Shown: positions 1 through 8,790, counted from the stretch's first letter. The stretch: DNA of 64,000 nucleotides from Candidatus Omnitrophota bacterium (GCA_028715415.1 JAQURX010000008.1:2495-66494); one strand, 5' to 3'. Notes: generated by a model not told the origin, from the sequence alone. Numbers and translations are program-made.

Positions 1-218
1 AGCTCAATACAATATTTAGTCGGAGAATATTCAATACGAATATGGGCAAAATCCGGAAGCCCGGTTTTTGGGCAAATACAGGTAAACTCCGGAACATCCA
101 ATATAATCGTATATTTTTTATCCGGATATTGATTCTCCCAAACTTCAATCTCAGGAGTTAATAAACCCCTAACATTCTCTTGCAGCCCTTCATACGACGA
201 CTTTTTATGCCTTCTCAT
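1..218 (-). CDS. queF: NADPH-dependent 7-cyano-7-deazaguanine reductase QueF, N-terminal fragment (gene continues beyond window start)
   Basis: Hand translation of the minus strand from the ATG at 218..216 gives [64 protein letters not shown]. The E-F-T-x-x-C-P-x-T-G-x-P-D-F catalytic-Cys motif of QueF is present. The ATG overlaps the queE stop (ATGA). Confidence 0.75.
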   Translation of the reverse strand, partial: MRRHKKSSYEGLQENVRGLLTPEIEVWENQYPDKKYTIILDVPEFTCICPKTGLPDFAHIRIEYSPTKYCIE

Positions 219-886
219 TTCACTCCCATAACTTTATGCATCTGCGGGATAATGCATGCCGAAACTTGCTCATCCCTACATAAATTCTTAAAATTCTCTA
301 ATTTTTCAATCAAAGTTTGATTATTTTCAAAACTATTAGGCTGCAAAACCAACATTGCTGAGCCATTAACTGATTTAATAACTTCCAATGCCTGTTTTAA
401 ATCATCCTCACTTGTCCCTTGGCAGATTATAGCTTTTAGAAAAACATCTTTTGCAGAAGCAATCTTTAAGAACTTTTTATGCAAGCCCCAAAGATCACCC
501 ATACCTGTCGAACTGGGAAGTTTTAAATCCATTGCTACAATATCTATTCCATCAATCACACTCTCTAATTCTCCGGGTAATGTGCCGTTTGTTTCAAGAT
601 AATTTTTAAAACCCGCCTGATGAGTTAACCGTAATACCTTACTTAAAAATTCTTTGTGTAAAAGCGGTTCCCCGCCGGTAAATGATATAGAATGATAACT
701 ATCTTCGTAGGTATCTATTTCATTAATCAACTCTTCGGGATCGTATTCGCGAAACCGGTCCAACTTAGTATCGCAAAAACGGCAACTAAGATTGCAGCCG
801 AAAAAACGCACAAAAATCTGTTTTTCTCCGAAATAAAGCCCTTCCCCTTGAATGCTATCAAAAACTTCTGAGATTCTTGCTTTCAT
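215..886 (-). CDS. queE: 7-carboxy-7-deazaguanine synthase QueE (radical SAM)
   Basis: 223 aa. Motif [16 protein letters not shown] is the QueE-type CxxxCxxC cluster with a conserved N-terminus. Lies in an operon with queD and queF. Confidence 0.85.
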   Translation of the reverse strand: MKARISEVFDSIQGEGLYFGEKQIFVRFFGCNLSCRFCDTKLDRFREYDPEELINEIDTYEDSYHSISFTGGEPLLHKEFLSKVLRLTHQAGFKNYLETNGTLPGELESVIDGIDIVAMDLKLPSSTGMGDLWGLHKKFLKIASAKDVFLKAIICQGTSEDDLKQALEVIKSVNGSAMLVLQPNSFENNQTLIEKLENFKNLCRDEQVSACIIPQMHKVMGVK

Positions 887-1242
887 TTAATCCTATAAGT
901 TGCAGCACTAGTATCGTTTTCCCAGATAGTGACAGATTCTGCCCTTACTCCCCTTTTCCTGATTTTGTCAAAAATATACTTTGCGATATTCTCCGAGGTA
1001 GGATTTACTTTCTTAAAGAATACGTGGTTATTTAAATATTTATGGTCAAATTCTTCCAAAACTGAATTTAATTCTGCTTTTAAACATTTAAAATCCATAA
1101 CCATACCGATCTTATCAAGCTTACTGCTTGAAAGGACTAATTCGACTCTCCAGTTATGGCCATGAAGATCCTCGCATTTGCCCTTGTAGCCGCGTAGATT
1201 GTGCGCAGCACTAAAACTTCCCAAAACTTTTATACTATACAT
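883..1242 (-). CDS. queD: 6-carboxy-5,6,7,8-tetrahydropterin synthase QueD (PTPS family)
   Basis: 119 aa. The SAAHNL...GKCEDLHGHNW motif is typical of the 6-pyruvoyl-tetrahydropterin synthase/QueD family. Overlaps queE by 4 nt. Confidence 0.85.
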   Translation of the reverse strand: MYSIKVLGSFSAAHNLRGYKGKCEDLHGHNWRVELVLSSSKLDKIGMVMDFKCLKAELNSVLEEFDHKYLNNHVFFKKVNPTSENIAKYIFDKIRKRGVRAESVTIWENDTSAATYRIK

Positions 1243-2029
1243 TATTATTCACCTTGCTTACATTCTTTACAGAATACCCTAAGAACCTTTTCGCTAAGCC
1301 ATTAAACCACTCAGGATTATCACTCACATAAAACCTGCTCTTACCGGATCTTTTTTTATTTAATAAATCTTCCGCTGATAAAATCTTTTTTACTTCGACG
1401 GCTACCTGTTTTGCAGAATCAATTAAAGTTACATGTTCACCCATAACTTCTTTGATTACCGGCTTAAGCAAAGGATAATGCGTACATCCTAGTATAATTG
1501 TATCAACTTTAGCTTGTTTCATCGGCTTTAAATAACCTTCTGCTACCTGTTTTACGACATCTCCAGCTAACCATCCCTCTTCCGCAAAAGGAACAAACAA
1601 AGGGCATGCAACTGCCGTTACCGAAACCTTCGGATCAAGCTGTTTTATCTCTAATTCATAAGCCCGGCTCTTAACAGTCCCTCTTGTCCCGATTACGCCT
1701 ATACGCTTATTCTTTGTCGCATAAACTGCCTCTCTTACTCCGGGAGTAATTACTCCGACGATTGGAACCCGAAAATGATTTTTGATTACCGGAAGAGCCA
1801 AACTTGAAACCGTATTACAGGCAACACAAATCAATTTAACATCATGCTTTAATAAAAATAAGATATTTTCAATAGAAAAACGGATTATAGTTTCTTTTGA
1901 TTTGATGCCATATGGAACCCGCGCAGTATCTCCGAAATAAACAATATCTTCTGACGGAAGCTGCTTGACTAATTCTTTTACAACTGTAAGCCCTCCTACG
2001 CCCGAATCAAAAACACCAATAGACTTCAT
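1235..2029 (-). CDS. murI: glutamate racemase MurI
   Basis: 264 aa. N-terminal IGVFDSGVGGLTV and the CNTVS/GCTHYP motifs are characteristic of Asp/Glu racemases, specifically MurI. Confidence 0.9.
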   Translation of the reverse strand: MKSIGVFDSGVGGLTVVKELVKQLPSEDIVYFGDTARVPYGIKSKETIIRFSIENILFLLKHDVKLICVACNTVSSLALPVIKNHFRVPIVGVITPGVREAVYATKNKRIGVIGTRGTVKSRAYELEIKQLDPKVSVTAVACPLFVPFAEEGWLAGDVVKQVAEGYLKPMKQAKVDTIILGCTHYPLLKPVIKEVMGEHVTLIDSAKQVAVEVKKILSAEDLLNKKRSGKSRFYVSDNPEWFNGLAKRFLGYSVKNVSKVNNNV

Positions 2030-3108
2030 CTTGCCTCCAATGCCGCGTATTCTTTAGCATAACCATTAATCCCCTGCTCAATAGCCTCTGCTATTTGCTG
2101 CCTGTAATAACCATTTTTTAATTTGCGTTCTTCCTGAAAATTAGAAACAAAACCTGTTTCAATTAAAACACCCGGCATGCGTATACCTCTTAACACTTCA
2201 AACCTAGCACTCTTAACACCCAATATTTTAACTCCCAAATTATCATTCATTGACCTGCAGACGAATTTTGACAACTCTATTGATTCTGCGCGGCTGGAAG
2301 TATAAATCATATCCCAGAGAATTGCTTTAAGATTTGAGGAATGGCTCCCAAAACAAGCGCTGTTTAAATTTAATGAGGCGTCCTTTGCTGCCAATACCGC
2401 CCGCTTAGAATCGCTTACAGAAGGAGCAACATAATAAACTTCAAAACCATTCAAAGTTCTAACCCTGCTTGCGTTTGAATGGATACTAACAAAAAGGTCT
2501 GCTTGTGAACTATTTGCTATATTCACCCTGGATGATAAAGGGATAAACCTATCCGTTGAGCGTGTAAAAACAACCTCAACACCGTCTTCTTTTAACAATT
2601 TAGTTAATCTCTTAGCAATATCTAAATTAACATCTTTTTCTCTTAAGCCCGTCCTGCCAATAGCACCCGGGTCATTCCCGCCGTGTCCGGCGTCAATAAC
2701 TATCTTACGGATATTTTGCAAATATAAAGTATATCCCGGACGCGACTCTCTAAAAAGAGAATCCATCTGTTCTTTAACCCTATAAGGAACAACCACAGCA
2801 CCCTGATAAATATCAACCGGATGGTTTAAATAAATAGACTGGCTATCCACCAACATAAGCGAATCGCCGACTCGCAAATTAATTTTATGCGAAGCTCTTT
2901 TTAAATTAATTATTTTGGAGATATTGTCATATTCCCAGCTAACCCCTTTTTTCTCACAAAGACGGATAAGAGGAAAATAAGTTGCCCCGTTTATTGAATA
3001 GCTTGGCACGTCTGAAGTAGGAACTGTTGCGCATCCGGAAAGAAAATAACAGAAAGCTGACAACAAACAAAAACTTAGTAGTATTTTAACTGTGGTTTTA
3101 GAATGCAT
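2026..3108 (-). CDS. N-acetylmuramoyl-L-alanine amidase (Amidase_3, AmiC-like), probable lipoprotein
   Basis: 360 aa. N-terminal signal peptide with lipobox (LSGCAT). Amidase_3 core motif VIDAGHGGNDPGAIG, and FVSIHSNA. Confidence 0.8.
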   Translation of the reverse strand: MHSKTTVKILLSFCLLSAFCYFLSGCATVPTSDVPSYSINGATYFPLIRLCEKKGVSWEYDNISKIINLKRASHKINLRVGDSLMLVDSQSIYLNHPVDIYQGAVVVPYRVKEQMDSLFRESRPGYTLYLQNIRKIVIDAGHGGNDPGAIGRTGLREKDVNLDIAKRLTKLLKEDGVEVVFTRSTDRFIPLSSRVNIANSSQADLFVSIHSNASRVRTLNGFEVYYVAPSVSDSKRAVLAAKDASLNLNSACFGSHSSNLKAILWDMIYTSSRAESIELSKFVCRSMNDNLGVKILGVKSARFEVLRGIRMPGVLIETGFVSNFQEERKLKNGYYRQQIAEAIEQGINGYAKEYAALEAR

Positions 3109-3139
3109 TTAGAAACTTATCTACTCCTATTAAACGTGG

Positions 3140-3200
3140 TAGGGCCGAAACACATTATTTCGGCATCCACTTGTTGTTTCATTAATGAAACAACAAGTGG
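3140..3200 (-). terminator. tmRNA 3' trailer hairpins (perfect 15-bp palindrome CCACTTGTTGTTTCA-TTAA-TGAAACAACAAGTGG, then GCCGAAA...TTTCGGC); putative terminator/processing structure
   Basis: A perfect inverted repeat begins 3 nt inside the tmRNA 3' end and is followed by a second hairpin. There is no clean U-tract, so this may be a processing signal rather than an intrinsic terminator. Confidence 0.4.
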
Positions 3201-3616
3201 AGGTGGGCGGAATCGAACCGCCGTCCCTAAGTAACCAGATAAAAGCCGCTACATGCTTAGTTTAGCTTTTACGCTTAATCTTGCGCACTCAACTAAACAA
3301 GATTGCACAAGACGCAACCTTTTAAATTTCGCTAAGCCCCCAAAGGTAAACAAAGCTTAGCTATCCTACTTTAGGCTCTATTTCATCCCGTAGGCATGGA
3401 TGGATAGAGGCTTCAGCGTTTAATGAACGCCGAAGGCTAGCGCACCCGCTACCGGCGGAACAACCAATGGAGAAAATGCTGGTTGTATCGCTGATAAACG
3501 GTTTACCATTGTGTGGTTTGCGTTTACATTTTGCAAAGGTTGTTAACGCGGCTAACTTTGCCTCCGCGGCATGCTGCTCTTACCCAATTGCCTTAAGTCG
3601 AGCCCTTTTCACCCCC
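3198..3616 (-). ncRNA. ssrA: tmRNA (SsrA)
   Basis: The minus-strand transcript starts GGGGGTGAAAAGGGCTCGAC and ends ...CTAAGCATGTAGCGG...GGACGGCGGTTCGATTCCGCCCACCTCCA. The tRNA-like T-arm is GGTTCGATTCC. The acceptor stem is GGGGGUG/CACCUCC with a G3.U wobble (Ala identity) and discriminator A. The conserved CUAAGCAUGUAG block matches E. coli SsrA. Lies directly downstream of smpB. CCA is not encoded. The tag reading frame could not be resolved by eye. Confidence 0.85.
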
Positions 3617-3656
3617 TAATGTTAATTATAACATATGGGCTTCTCTTAAAACAAAA

Positions 3657-4112
3657 CTAACGATTTCTTCTTCTTAGTGCTCTACGCATATCAAGATCAG
3701 TTTCGCGCTTCTTAATATCTTGTCTGCGGTCATAAAGCTTTTTACCTTTACAAAGAGCAATTAGCAACTTTGCAAAACCTCTATCATTAAAATATGCTTT
3801 TAAGGGAACAATTGTAAACCCTTTTTGCGCGGTAAGCCCCATTAATTTTGCAATCTGTTTCTTATGCAAAAGAAGTTTTCGCGGCCTGACAGGATCTACA
3901 TTCTGATAACTTGCTTGAGTATAAGGACTTATATGCGTGTTATAAAGGATTACTTCTTCTTTCTCTATTCGTGCAAAGCTATCGTCTAAATTAACCTTCG
4001 CGTCTCTTAAGGATTTTACTTCGCTCCCCTTTAATTCAATCCCGCATTCAAAGCTTTCTATGACTTCGTAATCTCTATACGCCTTATGATTTGTTGCTAT
4101 TGGTTTACTCAT
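3657..4112 (-). CDS. smpB: SsrA-binding protein SmpB
   Basis: 151 aa. The ...IATNHKAYRDYEVIESFECGIELKGSEVKSLR motif matches SmpB. It sits immediately upstream of tmRNA on the same strand. Confidence 0.9.
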   Translation of the reverse strand: MSKPIATNHKAYRDYEVIESFECGIELKGSEVKSLRDAKVNLDDSFARIEKEEVILYNTHISPYTQASYQNVDPVRPRKLLLHKKQIAKLMGLTAQKGFTIVPLKAYFNDRGFAKLLIALCKGKKLYDRRQDIKKRETDLDMRRALRRRNR

Positions 4113-5065
4113 TTTATCATAACTAATGCAAAATAAATACTTAAAAATATTGGAATTGTAATAATACTAACCACATGCCCTATAAATATACCTTGGCTGA
4201 TATACAAGTCTTCTTTTTTAAAATGCCGGATGATAACCGAAAGGCTTGTAGCTGGAGGCATAGCTAACTGCATTAAAATCAACAATCCGATTAATTCCGG
4301 TAATCTAAGTTTAAGAATAACTGTCAGGCCAAGTGCCGGCAAAATAACCAATTTAGAAAGCACCATTAAAAACATTGCTTTTCTTTCAATATGCGCAAGC
4401 TTAATTTCCGCAAGGCTTCCCCCAACAACAATCATTGCGAGAGGAACGGTGCATTCTCCGGTAAGCCGCAACGGTTTAATTAACGCATCCGGCAGCATAT
4501 TCTGCCAGCCAAAAAATACAAACCCCATACCGATTAAAGTCGCAACTACAGGGGCGCTGAAAATACTGGATAATTCAAATTTCTTTTTCTCATGCAGTAA
4601 AAGCATATAAACACCGGCGGAAAACATAACCAAATTAAATCCGAGCAGAAATAAAAAAAGATAAATATAAATTGGCCCGGCCTGTTCATTGGGTAATAAA
4701 GCTGCAATCAAAACGAGTGGAAGATAACCTGAATTCTGAAAAGCAGATAAACTTAAGAACTGTAGCCTGCGTTGCAACCCCTTAATAAAACCAATGAATA
4801 TAAAACCGACCAATAGCCCGATTATTGTTATAACCACACTAATTAAAGGAAAAATCCACCAGTTTGGATACAAATGAAAATCAAAATCTTTGATTAACTG
4901 GCAAAATATCAAAAGCGGCAGAGTAACCTTCATCACCAGCCGGCTTATACCATCAAGCTCATCATGGCTTAAGATTAGTTTCTTAATTAGCAAGAATCCA
5001 ATTGCGGCAAGCAATAAGCTCTGTGCAACCGCAATACCAGTTATCTTAAATGATTCTATTAGCAA
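4109..5065 (-). CDS. AEC (auxin-efflux-carrier)-family membrane transporter, TTG start
   Basis: 318 aa polytopic membrane protein with the two-repeat AEC/malate-permease-like topology. Start is TTG at 5065..5063 with a GGGAG SD 6 nt upstream. An extended -10 (TGTTATAAT) and TTGCTG -35 lie on the minus strand at about 5094..5125. Confidence 0.55.
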   Translation of the reverse strand: MLIESFKITGIAVAQSLLLAAIGFLLIKKLILSHDELDGISRLVMKVTLPLLIFCQLIKDFDFHLYPNWWIFPLISVVITIIGLLVGFIFIGFIKGLQRRLQFLSLSAFQNSGYLPLVLIAALLPNEQAGPIYIYLFLFLLGFNLVMFSAGVYMLLLHEKKKFELSSIFSAPVVATLIGMGFVFFGWQNMLPDALIKPLRLTGECTVPLAMIVVGGSLAEIKLAHIERKAMFLMVLSKLVILPALGLTVILKLRLPELIGLLILMQLAMPPATSLSVIIRHFKKEDLYISQGIFIGHVVSIITIPIFLSIYFALVMIK

Positions 5066-5244
5066 GGCTTTTCTCCCTTTTAAGAAATTAATATTATAAC
5101 AGTAAATTCACCCTCCAGCAACAAAGAAAACCATCACATGCTGTCATCCCTGCGGAAGCAGGGATCTACCATATAGCATAGATTCCCGCTTTCGCGGGAA
5201 TGACGTCAAAACGGATCAATTAAAAAGCAATTTCAAAGATTAAT

Positions 5245-5273
5245 TTGACATGATTATTAGGGTAGGATATACT
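5245..5273 (+). promoter_or_regulatory. consensus sigma70-type promoter for tRNA-Leu (TTGACA-17 nt-TATACT)
   Basis: TTGACA at 5245..5250, a 17-nt spacer, then TATACT at 5268..5273. The tRNA 5' end is 14 nt downstream of the -10. Confidence 0.55.
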
Positions 5274-5286
5274 AAAAAATAACATC

Positions 5287-5368
5287 GCGGGGGTGGCGGA
5301 ATTGGCATACGCGTACGTCTCAGAAGCGTATGGGGCAACCCTTGAGGGTTCAACTCCCTCCCTCCGCA
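5287..5368 (+). tRNA. tRNA-Leu (anticodon CAG), type II with 13-nt variable arm
   Basis: Hand-folded. Acceptor GCGGGGG/CCUCCGC, a 3-bp D stem, anticodon stem TACGT/GCGTA and loop CTCAGAA (anticodon CAG). Variable arm is TGGGGCAACCCTT. T arm is GAGGG-TTCAACT-CCCTC with discriminator A. CCA is not encoded. Confidence 0.85.
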
Positions 5369-5406
5369 TTCTATTTCGCCAGTCGTTAAAAAATTTTTAT
5401 TGTGAT

Positions 5407-6702
5407 TTACTTTGAAGGAACAAACGAAAGCCAATGCATTTTCCTATTGCGCTCTTTCCATTCCTTTAATATCCCATGCCCCATAAATCGGAACATAGCA
5501 TTCCTAAAATGCAGTTTAATCAATAAAGAAAACGAACGGGTAAGAGAATAATATTTTGTGTATGCTTTTAAAACATTGGCTTGGAGCTGTTTTGCAGATA
5601 TTAATTTAGGATAAAATACAACATGCTGCCCGTCGTAAAGATTCCAATCCTGGCTAAAAATCCTTTTTTGTGTATGCAATTCCTCGTGAATTTTTGTCCC
5701 CGGAAAAGGAGTTAATACTGTCATTTGCAGCGTATCTATTTTCTGCTTTAGTGCGAATTTAAGGGTATCAGTAATTGTATTTTCATTATCATTATCGCTT
5801 CCTAAAACAAACATACCGTGGATTTTAATTTTCTTTTTATGGAAAGACTTGATCGCAAATACTATATCTTCAAGGCTTTGATTCTTTTTATAATCCTGGA
5901 GGGTTTTAAGATTAACCGACTCAAATCCAATACAAGCAACTGCGCAACCTGCTTTACTCATAAGGCTAAGCAAAGAATTATCTTTTGCCACATCGCATCT
6001 TACCTGGCAACTCCAATCACGAATCTTGTTTTTAAGTATTAACTCCAGCAGCGTACGTGTGCGTTTTGGGTAAGCGGTAAAATTATCGTCGCAGAAAAAC
6101 CATGAGTTTACTTTTCTAGACGACAACTCTTCCATCACATTCTCAGCACTGCGGAAGCGGTATTTCCTGCCAAACATCTTTGTCACGGAACAAAAAGTAC
6201 AATCAAAAGGGCATCCCCTTGATGTAGAAATCGGAGTAATTATTGAAGGCAATTTATAGCCTTTTATCAAAGAAAAATCGGGAAATGGCAGTTTATCCAA
6301 ATTTTGTACGGCCTTTCCCTGCACGATCGGATCTTTTATTAAACCCTCTACTATATCAACAATCACTTCTTCTGCCTCGCCCACAACTACCTGCCTTGCG
6401 TATTGCAAAGCTTCATCAGGAAGAAGGCTTGCGTGCACTCCTCCTATGATAACTTTTTCTTTAGGAAAATGCTTTGCTATTTCATAGCCTCTTTTAGCAG
6501 TTGACGTAAGGATAGAAATCCCGATTAAGTCAGCTTTTAGCTTACTATAATCGGGTTTAAAAATATCCTCATGGTAAATTTCAACCTCATGGCCTCTCTC
6601 CCTTAAGATTGTCCCTAAATACACAGGGCCCAAAAGAGGCATACGTAATTTACTATAAACTGTTGCGCCTGCCGAAACAGGTTCAATAAATACTATTTTC
6701 AT
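5407..6702 (-). CDS. B12-binding domain radical SAM protein
   Basis: 431 aa. The N-terminal Rossmann-like cobalamin-binding domain (IVFIEP...LGPVYLGTILRERGHEV..IGGVH) is followed by the CxxxCxxC motif SRGCPFDCTFCSV. Confidence 0.75.
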   Translation of the reverse strand: MKIVFIEPVSAGATVYSKLRMPLLGPVYLGTILRERGHEVEIYHEDIFKPDYSKLKADLIGISILTSTAKRGYEIAKHFPKEKVIIGGVHASLLPDEALQYARQVVVGEAEEVIVDIVEGLIKDPIVQGKAVQNLDKLPFPDFSLIKGYKLPSIITPISTSRGCPFDCTFCSVTKMFGRKYRFRSAENVMEELSSRKVNSWFFCDDNFTAYPKRTRTLLELILKNKIRDWSCQVRCDVAKDNSLLSLMSKAGCAVACIGFESVNLKTLQDYKKNQSLEDIVFAIKSFHKKKIKIHGMFVLGSDNDNENTITDTLKFALKQKIDTLQMTVLTPFPGTKIHEELHTQKRIFSQDWNLYDGQHVVFYPKLISAKQLQANVLKAYTKYYSLTRSFSLLIKLHFRNAMFRFMGHGILKEWKERNRKMHWLSFVPSK

Positions 6703-6724
6703 GCTCTTAATTTGCCTATAAAGA

Positions 6725-6928
6725 TTAAGCTACAACCTTTATATCAATTGCGCGTGGGCCTTTATCGGATTTCTCAATCTCAAATTCAACCTTAGTCTCT
6801 TCTGTCAGGTTTTCGAATTTCTCTCCGATAAGGCTTGATTTATGGAAAAACACTTCTCTGCCGTCTGTATCGCTGATAAAACCAAACCCTCTGTCTAAAA
6901 CCACCTTCTTGATCTTTCCTGTATGCAT
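6725..6928 (-). CDS. cold-shock protein (CspA family)
   Basis: 67 aa. KGFGFI-type RNP1 (DRGFGFISDTDGREVFFHKSS), a cold-shock domain. Confidence 0.85.
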   Translation of the reverse strand: MHTGKIKKVVLDRGFGFISDTDGREVFFHKSSLIGEKFENLTEETKVEFEIEKSDKGPRAIDIKVVA

Positions 6929-6940
6929 GCTTCCTCCCTT

Positions 6941-6983
6941 GCAAAAAAAATGTGCTCAGCCCCTTATTGGAACTGAGCACATT
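6941..6983 (-). terminator. rho-independent terminator after upstream csp gene
   Basis: On the minus strand, an 11-bp stem AATGTGCTCAG...CTGAGCACATT is followed by a U8 tract. Confidence 0.65.
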
Positions 6984-6998
6984 CTCTTTTAGGTTATT

Positions 6999-7199
6999 TT
7001 ATAACTTGACAACTTTAGTTGCTTGTTCACCTTTAGGACCTTTTTCAATTTCAAACTCAACTTCCTGTCCATCGGTTAAAGTTTTATATCCTTCACCCTG
7101 AATTGCGGAATGATGCACAAATACATCACTACCAGACTCAGGAGTAATGAACCCATAACCTTTCTGATTCGAGAACCACTTTACTTTACCTCTTGCCAT
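6999..7199 (-). CDS. cold-shock protein (CspA family)
   Basis: 66 aa. [34 protein letters not shown] is the canonical CspA N-terminus and RNP motifs. A long, structured ~110-nt 5' leader lies upstream. Confidence 0.85.
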   Translation of the reverse strand: MARGKVKWFSNQKGYGFITPESGSDVFVHHSAIQGEGYKTLTDGQEVEFEIEKGPKGEQATKVVKL

Positions 7200-7310
7200 T
7201 ATTTGCTACCTCCTTTTCTTAAAATTGTAGTAAACCCCGTTAAGAAATCTGCTTCATCTTTACCTTCACCTTATTAGATTTCTTCTAACGGGGGCAAATA
7301 ATGACAGCAT

Positions 7311-7351
7311 AAAAAAAACCTCAAGGTTAGACATCTTATTAACCATGAGGC
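7311..7351 (-). terminator. rho-independent terminator after Maf/M48 ORF
   Basis: On the minus strand, hairpin CCTCATGGTTA...TAACCTTGAGG (1 mismatch) is followed by U8. Confidence 0.5.
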
Positions 7352-7425
7352 TTCAGACTTCTAATCTCTTGTTCACTACTGAAGTAAGTATACCACAAAT
7401 ACCCTGCTTGTCAAATGATATTTTC

Positions 7426-8787
7426 TTACTCTGTTTCATCCCTTCTATGGGTAGTTTGTTCAATATTTATATAATCCTTGAAATCCATCCCTTCTCCCAG
7501 CTCTTGCTTAACTACACGTATTCTATCAGGTACATAAGGGTGGGTTTTATAATAAACTGGTGGTGCAAGCGGCTTCTTTTTCTTTATGCTTTGTAATTTA
7601 TTCAAGAATTTAATCATTCCATGCGGATCATACCCGGCTAATTTCTCATATCTTGCACCTAATTGATCAGCTAACAACTCATCTTCGCGGCCGTAACCAA
7701 GCAAAATTTCGGTAAATGCAGTATCCGCAGCAGTCCCTACGGCAGCTCCACTGCTTCCAGAGGGAGCAACCGCTACCAAAAGCCTGAGTATTGAATACCC
7801 CTGGGCAACTTGCAGCTTTTTAACGCTATGCCGCGCAACAATGTGCCCGACCTCATGCGCAATAACCCCGGCTAACTCATCATCGCTTGAACATTTTTCA
7901 ATCAATCCTTTGTTTATATAAATATATCCTCCGGGAAGCGAAACCGCGTTGACATCCTCATCATCCAAAACATAAAAATAATAATCTATTTCTTTTCTAT
8001 CGCAGACAGCTGCTATCTTTTTACCTATATCCTGCACCCTTTTCTGGATCAAAGGATCGTCCACAAACTTATATTCTTTTTCAACCTGCCTTGCTATTGA
8101 CTGACCCATAGCCACTTCTTTATCCGTAGAGTAATAAAGAGAGTCTTCTTCTTTGGTCGCAATATTATACTCAGTAGAACATCCTGATAAAAGAATGCAA
8201 AACAACAACGCAAAAATACCGACTTCCATCTTTTTTAACATAATATACAATTTCCTTAAAGGCAGACCAACAACATTGTAAAAACAGCCCTCAATCCTTT
8301 TAATAAAAAAAGCTCCCCTTCCTTGTATATCAAAACTACCGGCTTTATCTAGAGGAGAGGTGGAAGCAAAATAACCCCGAATCTCCGCATCTGTCAATTT
8401 ATCCATATAAATCTTTGTTTTTTCATAATCAACCAATACCTTCTTTTTATCCTTGTCAATCACAGCTAATCCAGTATAAAGCCATTGCGGTTTTTTTGAA
8501 AGCCTTTTTAGCATTCTCTGCGCTTCTTTTAGGCCTCTTGGCTTGCCAAAAATCAAACCATCCTGGACAACAACCGTATCTGCGCCGATAATAATGCCTT
8601 TTTGCACTTTCTTTGCTACGTCTTTTGCTTTATTTAAAGCATTCATTTTAACCAAAGAGGCAAAAGAAGAATTAGAATGATTCTTCTTCTCTTCAATATT
8701 GCTCGGTAGCACTTTAAACTTTATCCCAAAGATATTCAGAAGTTTCTTCCTTGCCTTAGAATCTGAAGCCAAATAAATAGCTCTCAT
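7426..8787 (-). CDS. maf: single uninterrupted ORF encoding a full-length Maf (dTTP/UTP pyrophosphatase) domain (aa 1-186) fused in frame to a lipoprotein-type signal peptide plus an M48 zinc metallopeptidase (BepA/YcaL-like, HEVGH) (aa 187-453)
   Basis: The N-terminal half matches Maf motifs: LASDSKARKKLL, IIGADTVVV..GKP, and DKAGSFDIQGRG..YNVVGLPL. The C-terminal half starts MEVGIFALLFCILLSGCS (lipobox), then ...AGVIAHEVGHIVARH (HExxH). There is no stop codon between the two halves. The internal ATG is at 8229..8227, next to a T6/A6 homopolymer. Confidence 0.6.
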   Translation of the reverse strand: MRAIYLASDSKARKKLLNIFGIKFKVLPSNIEEKKNHSNSSFASLVKMNALNKAKDVAKKVQKGIIIGADTVVVQDGLIFGKPRGLKEAQRMLKRLSKKPQWLYTGLAVIDKDKKKVLVDYEKTKIYMDKLTDAEIRGYFASTSPLDKAGSFDIQGRGAFFIKRIEGCFYNVVGLPLRKLYIMLKKMEVGIFALLFCILLSGCSTEYNIATKEEDSLYYSTDKEVAMGQSIARQVEKEYKFVDDPLIQKRVQDIGKKIAAVCDRKEIDYYFYVLDDEDVNAVSLPGGYIYINKGLIEKCSSDDELAGVIAHEVGHIVARHSVKKLQVAQGYSILRLLVAVAPSGSSGAAVGTAADTAFTEILLGYGREDELLADQLGARYEKLAGYDPHGMIKFLNKLQSIKKKKPLAPPVYYKTHPYVPDRIRVVKQELGEGMDFKDYINIEQTTHRRDETE

Positions 8788-8790
8788 ATT

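Noticed and set aside
4230-4610. 126-aa plus-strand ORF (and similar ORFs at 4890..5099, 929..1165, 5818..6042, 6243..6449, 9074..9322, 9587..9793, 10683..10973, 17426..17953, 18508..18759, 19188..19649, 20884..21393, 25413..26071, 27129..27323, 31382..31926, 32690..34768, 35600..35839, 36691..37148, 37709..38020, 38452..38829, 41069..41314, 42167..42517, 44493..44785, 46617..46814, 47385..47579, 50154..50357, 50705..50899, 51434..51622, 52780..53016, 53318..53524, 56859..57143, 58646..58834, 60009..60341, 61086..61427, 61928..62275, 62590..62775)
   Set aside because: Each overlaps a longer ORF on the opposite strand or in another frame, and that longer ORF has a clear conserved-family signature. 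None has a recognisable motif or SD, so I treat them as frame-shadow ORFs.
5240-5434. 64-aa minus-strand ORF
   Set aside because: It lies entirely antisense to, and overlapping, the well-folded tRNA-Leu(CAG) and its promoter. It has no SD, so it is a spurious ORF.
7345-7596. 83-aa plus-strand ORF at the end of the Maf/M48 gene
   Set aside because: It overlaps the terminator and the 3' end of the M48 coding region and is hydrophobic and low-complexity, so it is likely spurious.
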